Shown here: piece by piece, positions 10,541 through 22,457 of the stretch
Position numbering within the stretch: the stretch's first letter is position 1
Layout of the letters: each line of letters starts with the position of its first letter
Source of the DNA: Octopus sinensis
Lineage: Eukaryota
Reading direction: 5' to 3'
DNA: 27,507 nt
Assembly (NCBI RefSeq): GCF_006345805.1
Contig: NW_021833382.1
Coordinates: 1-27,507 of the forward strand
Translations under genes and position numbers: made by a program
Notes under the pieces: generated by a model
What the model was told of the DNA's origin: nothing
The model's input: only the letters and a program-made list of their open reading frames with translations
Databases searched by the model: none

Positions 10541-11732
10541 TTACTTGTATTCGCAGGTTTTTCTGATGAAAACAGTTTCATGGAGAGAATCTGAAGAAAA
10601 AGAACTATCTGATGCATCTTTCGAATTCCGAGGAGGGCAATTTTTGTTGCGGAGGTCAATAAATTTGTCAAGAAGTCTCTTCGTTAGATCTTTCATGGGT
10701 ATTGAAACTGATTTTATAGAAACATCACTGCTGGTTCCTGATGACGATTTCTTCGCCGAACTCTTCCTCCGTCTGTTGCGAAGTTTTGCTTCGGAAATAT
10801 GTTCCGACTCTGAACTCATATACTGGTTGTTCTTATAACGAGATATTCGATACATTTTTTTCTTGTCCTGAATTACATCTTCTGATCGTGTGATGAAATT
10901 AAGGTCCGAGACTGAGAAGTCAGTGCTGGAGCTCGCTTTTACAACAGTAGTTTTCCTCTTTTTAGTCCTGGCTTTAGTCTTTTTGCCAGAACTAGTGAGT
11001 ATTGAATGGTCCGAATGCAAGATGGAGCATTCGCTTCCTGAAGGAGTTATGACTTTAATTGATTTCCTAGTGCATTTTTGTTTGCGATATTTGACATTTC
11101 TATCTTCATCACTGTCACTCGAAGACGAATTAAGAATATTCGAACAATCTACAGACTTTCTCTTCGAATTTAAACCGTTTTTCTGTATTTTGTTGTTTGA
11201 AAATTCGTTATCTGAGTCACTCTCAGAGGATTCAGAGGTGGAGGAAGAGCTGCTAAAATTATCCTTCTCTGATAATCTAGTAGCCAGTCTTTCTAGAGAA
11301 TCTTTTACTTTACGAAGTTGCCGGTTAAAATCGTGTAAAATTAACTCCTGCCTGTTGGCTCTTAACTCATCGGAGAGGGAAACCACATTTCTCATTGAAT
11401 CTACCTTGGAAGTATTACCTCTATCACAATTCGTTACATCTTTAAATGAACTTCTCGAAACAGACCCAGTTTCAGAATAAGTGTGAAAGGCCTTGTTTTT
11501 ATATACATTTTTTGAACCTATTGAAGACGCATCCGGTGGAAAAGAGGTATTTTCAGAATCAGCTCGAGACATGATTAATACTTTTGTTTTTGAGTTGTTT
11601 CCTTCTTCTTTTTTTTTTGTTTTGATTTTGATTTTGTTTTCGTTCTTTTTACTTTTGTTTTTTGTTTTGTTATTTGTTTTTGGTTTTTTTTTTACGGAAG
11701 AATCTTTTATGTTACGAAAAATTGATAAAATT
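10541..11732 (-). CDS. Large exon of an unidentified Ser/Lys-rich, probably disordered protein
   Basis: 398 sense codons without a stop (11737-10544) in non-repeat DNA; ATG 11572 gives 343 aa; acceptor ...TAATATAG before 11732; donor-like GTAAGA at 10544 overlaps the stop; basic clusters KKRK and RNRRRK. Confidence 0.8.
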
Positions 11733-11852
11733 CTATATTATGTCCAAATTAACAAAAATTCGAAACAATGCTTTTTGTTTTAATTTACATATAGGAAAAG
11801 TTTCTCTAGACGTTTCAAAGACTTTTCAAAATATGCAGGAAAAAAATCTTAC

Positions 11853-11917
11853 GTCCGTTTCACTAGTCTTTTGGAAATTCATAACCGTATTGAATGCTCT
11901 TGGAGAAATATCGAAAC
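11853..11917 (-). CDS. Candidate 65-nt exon ([21 protein letters not shown])
   Basis: TTGCAG acceptor and GTAAGA donor, 120 nt from the large exon. Its phase 0 end does not fit the phase 2 acceptor at 11732, so it may be UTR or alternative. Confidence 0.4.
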
Positions 11918-11924
11918 CTGCAAT

Positions 11925-12430
<506 letters not shown>

Positions 12431-13252
12431 GCATATATGAGAACACCTGCATGTGTGTGTGCGCGTCTATCTGTATCTTTGTCTATGCGCGTGCGCGTAT
12501 AATCGATTTGGGATATATACATTAAACTATATATACACATAATTGCCCTATGTTTCTCCCTTTAACACAATGTTCATCAGTGAAAACAAGGCAGGGTTTA
12601 CAATTGGATACATGCTGTAGTTGTCGCAAAACAAAATAAAAGCAAAAGCAGATCGTAAGTGCTTCTTTAATTACATCTCTTTCGTGATTATAAATATTTC
12701 CCCAATGACCGAGGTTACCGTGGTCTTCCCCGTAGCCTTTTCTTTCCACGGATAAACCTTATCTGCTTTCCCCTTTACACTTTACATCATGACATTTCTG
12801 TGATACATGATCCCTATTGATCGTTTTTCTTTTTTTTCTCTCTCTCTTTTTACGATCCCTCTTGATCGAAAACCTACCCCCCTCCACCTTTTTTTATTTA
12901 TTTTTCTCCCCAAAAAGAAAAGCTCTACTTTGTAATTTGTCCCCTCTCTGTGTTCAGCCCTTTGTGGCTGATAAAGAAACAAATATTTCCACAATGTAGT
13001 CCATCATTACCCAAGTCAAATTCTAATCAATTTCCCCTTGGATAAGACCTTTCCTCAAAATACACCATAATATATTTTTGTGTAAAAGCTTAAAAGAAGC
13101 TACATATTTAACAAGTGCCATTTTTACACGAAATTTTCAGTCCGTCAATAACTTTCATAATAAATATAAAAAGAAATGTATTTAATAAAATAAAAATATT
13201 TCAAAATTTACACGGATTTAGCATGATAGCACATACATACGTACATACATAC

Positions 13253-13283
<31 letters not shown>

Positions 13284-13388
13284 CATACATACATACATAC
13301 ATACATACATACACACATCAAAGTAAAAGAGGATATCTATTGACAACTGCTTCAAAACCGCCAGCTTCCGTATCCAGACTATGATTTC

Positions 13389-14150
<762 letters not shown>

Positions 14151-14154
14151 AATA

Positions 14155-14156
14155 TT

Positions 14157-14211
<55 letters not shown>

Positions 14212-14217
14212 AGAGAG

Positions 14218-14275
<58 letters not shown>

Positions 14276-14302
14276 GGCAGACAGGCAGGCAGACAGACAG
14301 AC

Positions 14303-14391
<89 letters not shown>

Positions 14392-14720
14392 TTAATATTG
14401 ATATAGATCTTAATCTAGAGCTGTTCCTGTCGCTAGATTTTAATATGAATATTCATATATATGTATGCATATGTGTATGCACATCTCTCTATGTATATAT
14501 GTGTGTGTGTATGTGTACGTATGTAGGTAGGTATGTAGATAGGTAGGCAGGTAGGTTGGTAGGTAGGTAAGTAGGTAAGTAGGTAGGCAGGTACGCACGT
14601 GCGTACGTAGGAATAGATGTGTGTGTATGAGTATTTATGAGTGTGCATATGTATATGAACAGACATAGATTTATGGACACATACATTCACATGTATATAC
14701 ATACGTACCTACATACATTC
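14155..14720. repeat. (TA)n, (GA)n, (GACA)n, (GATA)n, (GTAG)n block
   Basis: Directly visible. Confidence 0.95.
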
Positions 14721-15462
14721 GTATATACGACATACATGCATCACAGTGGTATAAACAACATACACCTGTCTTAAATCATTTGAAACATTGCCAAAAAGAC
14801 GAATAGATTCAATCAATTTTCTACCAGACTGGGTCGCAGTAGACAAAATAACTTTGCCCACGGAATTACCCTCTCACCTTTGAGACACCCTAGGATGTCA
14901 CCAGGTCAAACGCAATACGTTAATCAACAAAGCAGACGTTCCTTAATACTTATCGTCTGCTTTCTAGTCAATCTAAAAACTTCCTCGGGGAAAAAAATAT
15001 AAACAAATAAACCGTATAGCCACCTACGTAAATTTATTCATTTATATTCCTCCTTACTATATTTCTGAAGTTAAAGCCGGAGAAATTTTTTTTTTATTAA
15101 GATTGTTTTTATTTTTCTTTGGTTTTGTTGTTTTGGGGGTTGTTTGTTTGTATTTTGTTGGGGGTTTCTTTTCTATATTTTGTTCTGTTCATAGAATATT
15201 GTTTTATATGAATCTACATAAAATGGAAATTGCGCGTCATAATCAGAAATATTTTACTGTAATGCTTATTACCTCATCTTTCTTTAAAAATGTATGTGTG
15301 TACACCTATTTACCTGTTCATCTCAAGTATAATATATACATACTATATATTTTTTATATATGATTATATATGTATATATAAATATTCCTATTTCTTATTC
15401 CCCGTCTGTCTTGATATACGTATAGATAGATAGATACACGTGTGTATATATATATATATATT

Positions 15463-15506
<44 letters not shown>

Positions 15507-15616
15507 CGTATAGATAGATAGATACACGTGTATATATATGGAGAGAGAGAGGCAGGTAATTGAATGAATTATCTTATTAAGAATAATTCGAAAGATAACC
15601 GATACCTGGGTAGCAA

Positions 15617-15670
15617 ATTCACATCAGAAAGAACAAGGAATATGCAGCCTTCGAAACATATGTCGAGAAT
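15617..15670 (+). ncRNA. Hammerhead-like motif with altered 5' core
   Basis: Stem I ATTCAC/GAGAAT 5/6, stem II AAGG/CCTT, GAAA, ACATATGT palindrome, GUC triplet; core reads ATCAGAAAGAA instead of CTGANGA. Confidence 0.45.
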
Positions 15671-15722
15671 AAAGATATTTGTTAACTAGTCGTTCACTCC
15701 ATTCTTTCATATACTTATATAT

Positions 15723-15777
<55 letters not shown>

Positions 15778-16062
15778 AATATTAGGGAATAAATCCAATT
15801 TACAGGGAAAAAATCAGATTTAGGATTAAATCCAATTTTATAGTAAAATATTATAAAATATTATTAGAGACAAAACCACTATTTTGCAAGACAAACAAGG
15901 AAAGACTTAATCAATACATAAAATTTAATAAATAGTCAAAAAAACCGCCACTACAATTGTTTCTTGTCTTGATCGACAATCTTCAGGTGGACTTCCAATA
16001 AGTCAGTTTCAAATTATGAGTTTTTCCTTGTTTGTTTTGCAAAATAGGGGTTTTGTCTCTAA

Positions 16063-16070
<8 letters not shown>
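15778..16070 (-). mobile_element. (TA)n-flanked element with ~47 bp inverted repeats enclosing a hammerhead
   Basis: 15857-15903 vs 16023-16069 are inverted with ~3 mismatches; (TA)n on both sides. Confidence 0.75.
15948..15990 (-). ncRNA. Canonical minimal type I hammerhead ribozyme
   Basis: CCAC-CTGAAGA-TTGTC(GATCAA)GACAA-GAAA-CAATTG-TA/GTGG: complete core, stem I 4/4, stem II 5/5, stem III palindrome ACAATTGT; predicted cut between 15952 and 15951. Confidence 0.9.
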
Positions 16071-16110
<40 letters not shown>

Positions 16111-16267
16111 CTATATATATCGTTTATCTATGTAGCCAACATATACATACACGAACACATACATACAAACATATACCAGAGTAAACACAAACACATAAAT
16201 GCGAAAAAGAGGTGGAAAAAATTGTAGAGAAATATGCTTTATTAAAAAGCAGCAACAATATCACAAA

Positions 16268-16313
16268 AAAACTATTACTCAGAGTTTCAGGTTCCCGTTC
16301 GTCGGACAGTTTT
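16268..16313 (-). ncRNA. Hammerhead mirror copy with U4C core change
   Basis: AAAACTGT-CCGACGA-ACG(GGAA)CCT-GAAA-CTCTGAG-TA/ATAGTTTT: stem I 8/8 with one G.U; stem II has one mismatch. Confidence 0.7.
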
Positions 16314-16329
16314 GTTTATCATTCTAAAT

Positions 16330-16375
16330 AAAACTGTCTGACGAACGGGAACGTGAAACTCTAAGTAAGAGTTTT
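16330..16375 (+). ncRNA. Canonical type I hammerhead ribozyme
   Basis: AAAACTGT-CTGACGA-ACG(GGAA)CGT-GAAA-CT(CTA)AG-TA/AGAGTTTT: intact core, GNRA-capped stem II, stem I 7/8; predicted cut after 16367. Confidence 0.85.
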
Positions 16376-16409
16376 TGTGATATTTTTGATACTTTTTAAT
16401 AATGCATAT

Positions 16410-16600
16410 ATATGTATAGTAGAAATTTACAGAAAAAAACAAAATACGTATACAGGTGTATGAACAAGAAACAGGTGTATTAGTTTGACGCTCGGGAAAG
16501 TGAGAAAGTATTTTACGTTTCGAGCCTTCGCTCTTCAACAGAAAGGAATAAGAGAAAATATTCAGTGAGAATAAAAAACGTGTGGATTTAGTGATCAAGC
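16410..16600 (-). mobile_element. H1 HHR-bearing element
   Basis: Reverse complement has TTCCCGAGCGTCAAACTAATACACCTG, like the H1 3' part; abuts the 16232-16409 hairpin. Confidence 0.7.
16511..16544 (-). ncRNA. Minimal type I hammerhead motif, A6U variant
   Basis: TTT-CTGTTGAA-GAGC(GAAG)GCTC-GAAA-CG-TA/AAA; stem I only 3 bp. Confidence 0.65.
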
Positions 16601-16609
16601 ATGTGATAT

Positions 16610-16645
<36 letters not shown>

Positions 16646-16646
16646 A

Positions 16647-16683
<37 letters not shown>

Positions 16684-16684
<1 letters not shown>

Positions 16685-16879
16685 GCGTAGGAGTGGCTGT
16701 GTGGTAAGTAGCTTGCTTACCAACACATGGTTCCTGGTTCAGTCACACTGCGTGGCACCTTGGGCAAGTGTCTTCTACTATAGTCTCTCGGGCCGACCAA
16801 AGCCTTGTGAGTGGATTTGGTAGGCGGAAACTGAAAGAAGCTCGTCGTATATATGTATATATATTTATATATATATATA

Positions 16880-16910
<31 letters not shown>

Positions 16911-17146
16911 ATATATGGGGGGGGTATGTTATGTTTGTGTTGTGTCTGTGTTTGTCCCCCCAGCGTCGCTTGACAATCGATGCTGGTGTGTTTACGTCCC
17001 CGTAACTTAGCGGTTCGGCAAAAGAGACTGATAGAATAAGCACTAGGCTTACAAAGAATATGTCCTGGGGTCGATATCTGCTCGACTAAAGGCGTTGCTC
17101 CAGTATGGCCGCAGTCAAATGACTGAAACAAGCAAAAGAGTAAAGA

Positions 17147-17147
<1 letters not shown>
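16684..17147 (+). mobile_element. Full-length SINE family A with internal (TA) tract
   Basis: Complete head, CORE-like block, internal microsatellite and AAAAGAG tail; (TA)n on both flanks. Confidence 0.92.
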
Positions 17148-17196
<49 letters not shown>

Positions 17197-17404
17197 CACG
17201 TATATGCATATACGTATTGCAGTTTGTATATCTGTCAACATATTTTTATCTCTTCACCGACCCACCTCTCTCTGTCTGCCCTGCCTCTGTCCCTCTCTCT
17301 GCGCATAGCCGTCTTCCTGTCTTTTATATAATCAGATCATAATATAGCATCTCCTCTTTCTCTTTCTCCGCCTCCTCCCTAATATATACATATACATATA
17401 TATA

Positions 17405-17612
17405 TCACTTTGATCACTTTGACCGACCAGTCCGTCAGGCGTCCATTTGACACCGCTGGTCACAGCACGCTGTCCACTCCTCTCTGGATCGCGCCTTTCT
17501 CATCCACGTGATCCCTAGACCATCAGATGTTGTTACACATCGCTGGTCACAATGCGTTCGCATTGTTTCAGCCTTCGAATGACGCCACCCCGCTGGATAA
17601 GCGAGCAGGCCA
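17405..17612 (-). mobile_element. 3' part of family C SINE with RTE-like tail
   Basis: Shares CCAGCGATGTGTAACAACATCT with 58-315; tail translates ITWMRKARSREEWTACC..., similar to RTE C-terminal WxxxAxDRxxW; ends in AAGTGATC repeats. Confidence 0.7.
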
Positions 17613-17824
17613 ATATATATATATATACATATACATATTACTCTGGCTATTCCTCAACAGTTAATTCTTACCATTTATCATCATTTACAGCCTAATCGAA
17701 ACAGATCAATCAGTCCAGGCATCCGCGCCCCAACTACTCATTTTTTTTTTCAACTGAATTATTTTGATTGTTTGTCTGTTTGTTTTATCATTTTCCTGCT
17801 GTTGCTTTTGTATGTTGTGTACAA

Positions 17825-18360
<536 letters not shown>

Positions 18361-18715
18361 AAAATAAAGCACCTCTGATAAGAGAGCGAACCGTACAAGG
18401 TCCTATCTTATTTGAAAGCTGGCTGACATGTAATTTAACAGACGCTTTTAAAAGGAATGCTGCCAAAACGAATACAAAGACTTGATCTTCAGTGACGTAA
18501 CAGTGCTGCCATTAATAATACGGATTTTACTTATCACATTATTGGTTCCGTGCCAGAAAGTTGCTGGATTTGGATAAAACAATCGATAGAAATCGATTTG
18601 ATCCCAGGTACTTAGACTGGCTGGCATTTTATTTCATTTATTTCATTTAGAAACCAGTCCGAACTTCTATCTGGTGAGTCGACCTGCTGCAATTAGCAAC
18701 CAAATCTCCATCATG

Positions 18716-18916
18716 ACAGAATCGTAAGCACACCGGGCGAAATGCTTAGCGGTATTTCGTCCCTTTTTATGTTCTAAGTTCAAATTCCGCCGGGGTCGAC
18801 TTTGCTTTTCATCCTTTCAGGATCGATAAAATAAGTACCAGTTAGATGCTGGGGTTAGAATGGCCGACTTACATCATCCTTTGAACTTTCTGGCCTTGTG
18901 CCAAAATTTGAAATTA
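18716..18916 (+). mobile_element. SINE family B
   Basis: CAGAATCGTAAGCAC...AAGTTCAAATTCCGCC...TTTCATCCTTTCAGGATCGATAAAATAAGTACCAG...GGCCTTGTGCC. Confidence 0.85.
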
Positions 18917-19061
18917 TCCTAACAGAAGCGTTAAAGCATTTGACCAAAAGCCTTACGATAATTTTTCCGATTCATTGCGTTCTGAGTTCAATTTCTGCTA
19001 AAGTTCACTTTGTGCTTCCGCCTTCTTGGGAGAAAAAGGAATAATAGTAACAATAATAATA

Positions 19062-19289
19062 AGCCTTTCTACTAAAGGCACAAGGCCTGAAATTTTAGGG
19101 GAGGGGACTAGTCGATTACATCGACCCCAGTGTTTCACTAGTACTTAATTTATCGACCCCGAGAGGATGAAATGTAAAGATGTAAAGTCGACCTCGGCAG
19201 AATTTGAACACACACAAAGCAGTGACGGACGAAATACCGCTAAGCATTTTCGCCCGGCGTGCTAACGACTCTGCCAGCTCACCGCCTTA
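19062..19289 (-). mobile_element. SINE family B, near full length
   Basis: Near-consensus head, core and tail on the minus strand. Confidence 0.9.
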
Positions 19290-19306
19290 ATAACAATAAT
19301 AATAAC

Positions 19307-19364
<58 letters not shown>

Positions 19365-19374
19365 TAATAATAAT

Positions 19375-19590
19375 CCTTTCTACTATAGACACAAGGCCTG
19401 AAATTTGGGAGAGGGGATGAGTTGATTACAATCAACCCCAGTGTTTGACTGGTATTTAATTTATCGACCCCGAAAGGATGAAAGGTAAAGTCGACCTCGG
19501 CGGAATTTGAACTCAGAACGTAGCGACAGGCGAAATAACGCAAAGCATTTCGCCTGGCGTGCTAACGATTCTGCCAACTCACCAGCCTAG
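19375..19590 (-). mobile_element. SINE family B with (ATT)n tail
   Basis: Full head, core and tail; (AAT)n at 19290-19375 is its 3' tail. Confidence 0.9.
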
Positions 19591-19691
19591 GTGAGCTGGC
19601 GGAATCCTCAAAGCATTGGACGGAGTATTTGGGGTTATTAGATCCAAATCTATGCGTTCTAAGTTCAAATTCCACTGAGATTAATTTCATC

Positions 19692-19815
19692 ATCTTTTAC
19701 TTGTTTCAGTCATTGGACTGCGGCCATGCTGAAGACACTTGTCGCACAGTGGGACTGAACCTGAGTTCACGTGGTTGCAAAACGAGCTTATTAACCATAG
19801 TCATGCCTCATGCTC
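19692..19815 (-). mobile_element. SINE family A with large internal deletion
   Basis: B-box GGTTCAGTCCCACTG joined almost directly to CAGCATGGCCGCAGTCCAATGACTGAAACAAGTAAAAG. Confidence 0.75.
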
Positions 19816-20044
19816 CCGATGTCTATAAATGAAATATTACTCTAAGGTGTTTGATTGGTGGGACCCTCAACGCATTGCTTCCATTCTGAATTCAAATCCC
19901 ACCGTGACCTACTTGAGTGAAACAGTTTGTCACTCCGTTTAATTTCAAACTCCTGCACACTTTGTCATTTGGGCCTTTAATATTGATAAGAACAGCAACA
20001 ACAACGACAACAACAATAACAACAATAATGATAATAATAATATT

Positions 20045-20268
20045 TTCTACTACAGGCACAAGATCTGGATTTTGTGGAGAAGGGGACAGTCAATCACATC
20101 GACTCCAGTACTCAACTGGTACTTGATTTATCGATCCCGAAAGGATGGAAAGGAAAAAGTCGACCTCGGCGGAATTTGAATCCATAACGTATGGACGGAC
20201 GAAATGCCGCTAAGCATTTTGCCCGGCGTGCTAACGATTTTGCGAGCTTTAAGGTTCGCTGCCTTAAA
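20045..20268 (-). mobile_element. SINE family B
   Basis: Full head, core and tail. Confidence 0.88.
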
Positions 20269-20284
20269 GATTAAATAATAATTT

Positions 20285-20445
20285 CTAATATAAGCACAAT
20301 GCCTAAACTGAAATTTTGGGGGGAAATTTCAGTTTTACATCGACCTCCAATGTTCAACTGGTTCTTATTTTATCAACCCCAAAAGATGAAAGGCAAATCG
20401 ACCTCGGTGAGATCTGAACTCATAACGTAAGGAGGGGCGAAATGC
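20285..20445 (-). mobile_element. SINE family B, partial and diverged
   Basis: Core and tail recognisable; head truncated. Confidence 0.7.
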
Positions 20446-20534
20446 CATTAAGATTAAAATGATAATAGGCATTTGAGTTAATTGTTCTTTTTCCCACCGA
20501 ATAAATATTTTAATTAGACCTTTGGTACTGCATT

Positions 20535-21095
20535 CCTTTCTACTCTAGGCACAAGGCCTGGCCTGAAATTTTGTGAGAAAATGGGCAAGTCGATTAGGTT
20601 GACCCCAGTACTCAACTGGTACTTAATTTATCAACCCCAACAGGATGAAAGGCAAAGTCAACCTCGGTGGAATTTGAACTCAGAACGTAGCACCAGACGA
20701 AATACCTATTTCTTTACTGCCGGCAAGGGGCTAAACACAGGGGGGACAAACAAGAACAGACAAACGGATTAAGTCGATTATATCGACCCCAGTGTGTAAC
20801 TGGTACTTATTTAATCGACCCCGAAAGGATGAAAGTCAAAGTCGACCTCGGCGGAATTTGAACTCAGAACATAAAGACAGACGAAATACCAATTTCTTTA
20901 CTACCCACAAGGGGCTAAACACAGAGGGGACAAACAAGGACAGACAAAGGACAGACATACTTACTTTATCGACCCCGAAAGAATGAAAGGCAAAGTCAAC
21001 CTCGGTGGAATTTGAACTCAGAACGTAACGGCAGACGAAATACGGCTACGCATTTCGCCCGGCGTGCTAACGATTCTGCCAGATCGCCGCCATAA
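20535..21095 (-). mobile_element. Compound (trimer-like) family B element
   Basis: One head (~21095) followed by three B-box plus core units separated by two copies of TGTCTGTCCTTGTTTGTCCCC...TAAAGAAAT. Confidence 0.8.
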
Positions 21096-21284
21096 AGATT
21101 AAAATACTAATAGGCATATGAGCTAATTGATATCTTTTTCCCATCGCATAAATATTTTGATTAAACCTTGGGCACTAACTTTATTCGGTCACTTCATGTA
21201 CCATTTCCAGAAAATGTATTTTCATGCCAAACTCTGAAGTTTCAGAACTTATCTTGGAAAAGATACAGCCTTCTGCAAACTTAC

Positions 21285-21593
21285 TCTGTTAGCTTCCTGC
21301 TTTCTGTAATGCGCAGGGTCTATTTGTCCTTTAGGCAGGGGAGCTGGTTCACGAGACATCAGGGCATGTCCACCCACAGGTGGGCCTGTGTCACATGTCT
21401 AGTGGCTCAGCTCTCCAAGTCGTGCATGCCTTAACTACAGGACCACCTTCAGTTATTTGACCGGCAACTGGTTTTACTACCCAAGGTCGGAGTGGATGCA
21501 AATGTATTGGTGACTAAGGGATAAGTCCATTCTCTTCAAAACTCCTGAACTCTTCAGCTGAAACCCCAAGATCGGATAGTTTAATGTTTTGCC
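21285..21593 (-). other. Exon-like GC-richer segment, coding status unresolved
   Basis: CATATTCAG acceptor and GTAAGT donor, 309 nt, phase 1/1; best frame GQNIKLSDLGVSAEEFRSFEENGLIP*SPIHLHPLRPW... contains 5 stops. Confidence 0.3.
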
Positions 21594-21643
21594 CTGAATA
21601 TGATTGTATTAAATATGTTAAATAAGTTATAACTAAAGTGATA

Positions 21644-21862
21644 GATGCAGGTTTGAATGTGTAATAAAGAAGCTTACTTCCCAACCATGTAGTCTTCGGT
21701 TCAATCCCACTGCGCACCACCTTGGACAAGTATCTTCTTCTATAGCTCCGGGTTGACCAAAGCCATGTGAATGAACTTGGGAGTCGGAAACTGAAAGAAA
21801 CCCTTAGTGTATTCATGTATATATATATATATATATAGAGAGAGAGATAGAGATATAGATAG

Positions 21863-21914
<52 letters not shown>

Positions 21915-21967
21915 GGATGGATGGATGGATGGATGGATGGATGGATGGATGGATGAATGGATGGATG

Positions 21968-22043
<76 letters not shown>

Positions 22044-22280
22044 TGTGTGTGTATTTATGTGTGTGCCTTTGTATTTATGTTTGTCCCCCACCACCACTTG
22101 ACAACTTGTGTTGGTTTGTTTATGTCCCCCTGACTTTGCAGTCCGGCAAAATAAACCGATAGAATAAGTACCACACTTAATAAAAAATTAAACTCCGCGT
22201 TCGATTTGCTCAACTGAATCCTTCAAGGCGGCGTCCCAGCAAGTCCGCAGCTCAATGACTGAAACAAGTAAAAGTAAAAG
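21644..22280 (+). mobile_element. Diverged SINE family A with expanded internal (GATA)n/(GGAT)n
   Basis: B-box GGTTCAATCCC, CACCTTGGACAAGTATCTT, tail GAAACAAGTAAAAGTAAAAG. Confidence 0.85.
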
Positions 22281-22457
22281 ATATGAAAAGCAAAATTAAT
22301 TCTCGCAAGATCTGAAATTTAAAAAAATGGACGAGGAATGATCTGTCTTCTCTTGAAACTAAGCCTTTAACTATTGATTTATAACAAACATTTGTAACAA
22401 AAAAGAAAACACCCTTAACGCTAAGTGATACTGCTGATACGGAAATGTTTGTCTAAC

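Larger units (their letters stand above)
16232..16409. repeat. Long inverted repeat (~88 bp arms, ~6 nt loop) made of two head-to-head hammerhead units
   Basis: ATATGC.TTATTAAAAAG...ATATCACAAAAA..TTACTCAGAGTTTC...GACAGTTTT on the left is mirrored by 16325-16409. Confidence 0.9.

Noticed and set aside
10530-11480. Plus-strand ORFs 10530-10838 and 10890-11480
   Set aside because: Antisense shadows of the Ser/Lys-rich minus-strand exon.
12522-12994. Minus-strand ORFs and a CTGATGA...GAAA near 12555-12581
   Set aside because: No recognisable protein or splice support; the stem II spacing and stems I/III do not fit a hammerhead.
14929-14963. Perfect 10-bp hairpin AAAGCAGACG/CGTCTGCTTT
   Set aside because: Isolated short stem with no family or functional context.
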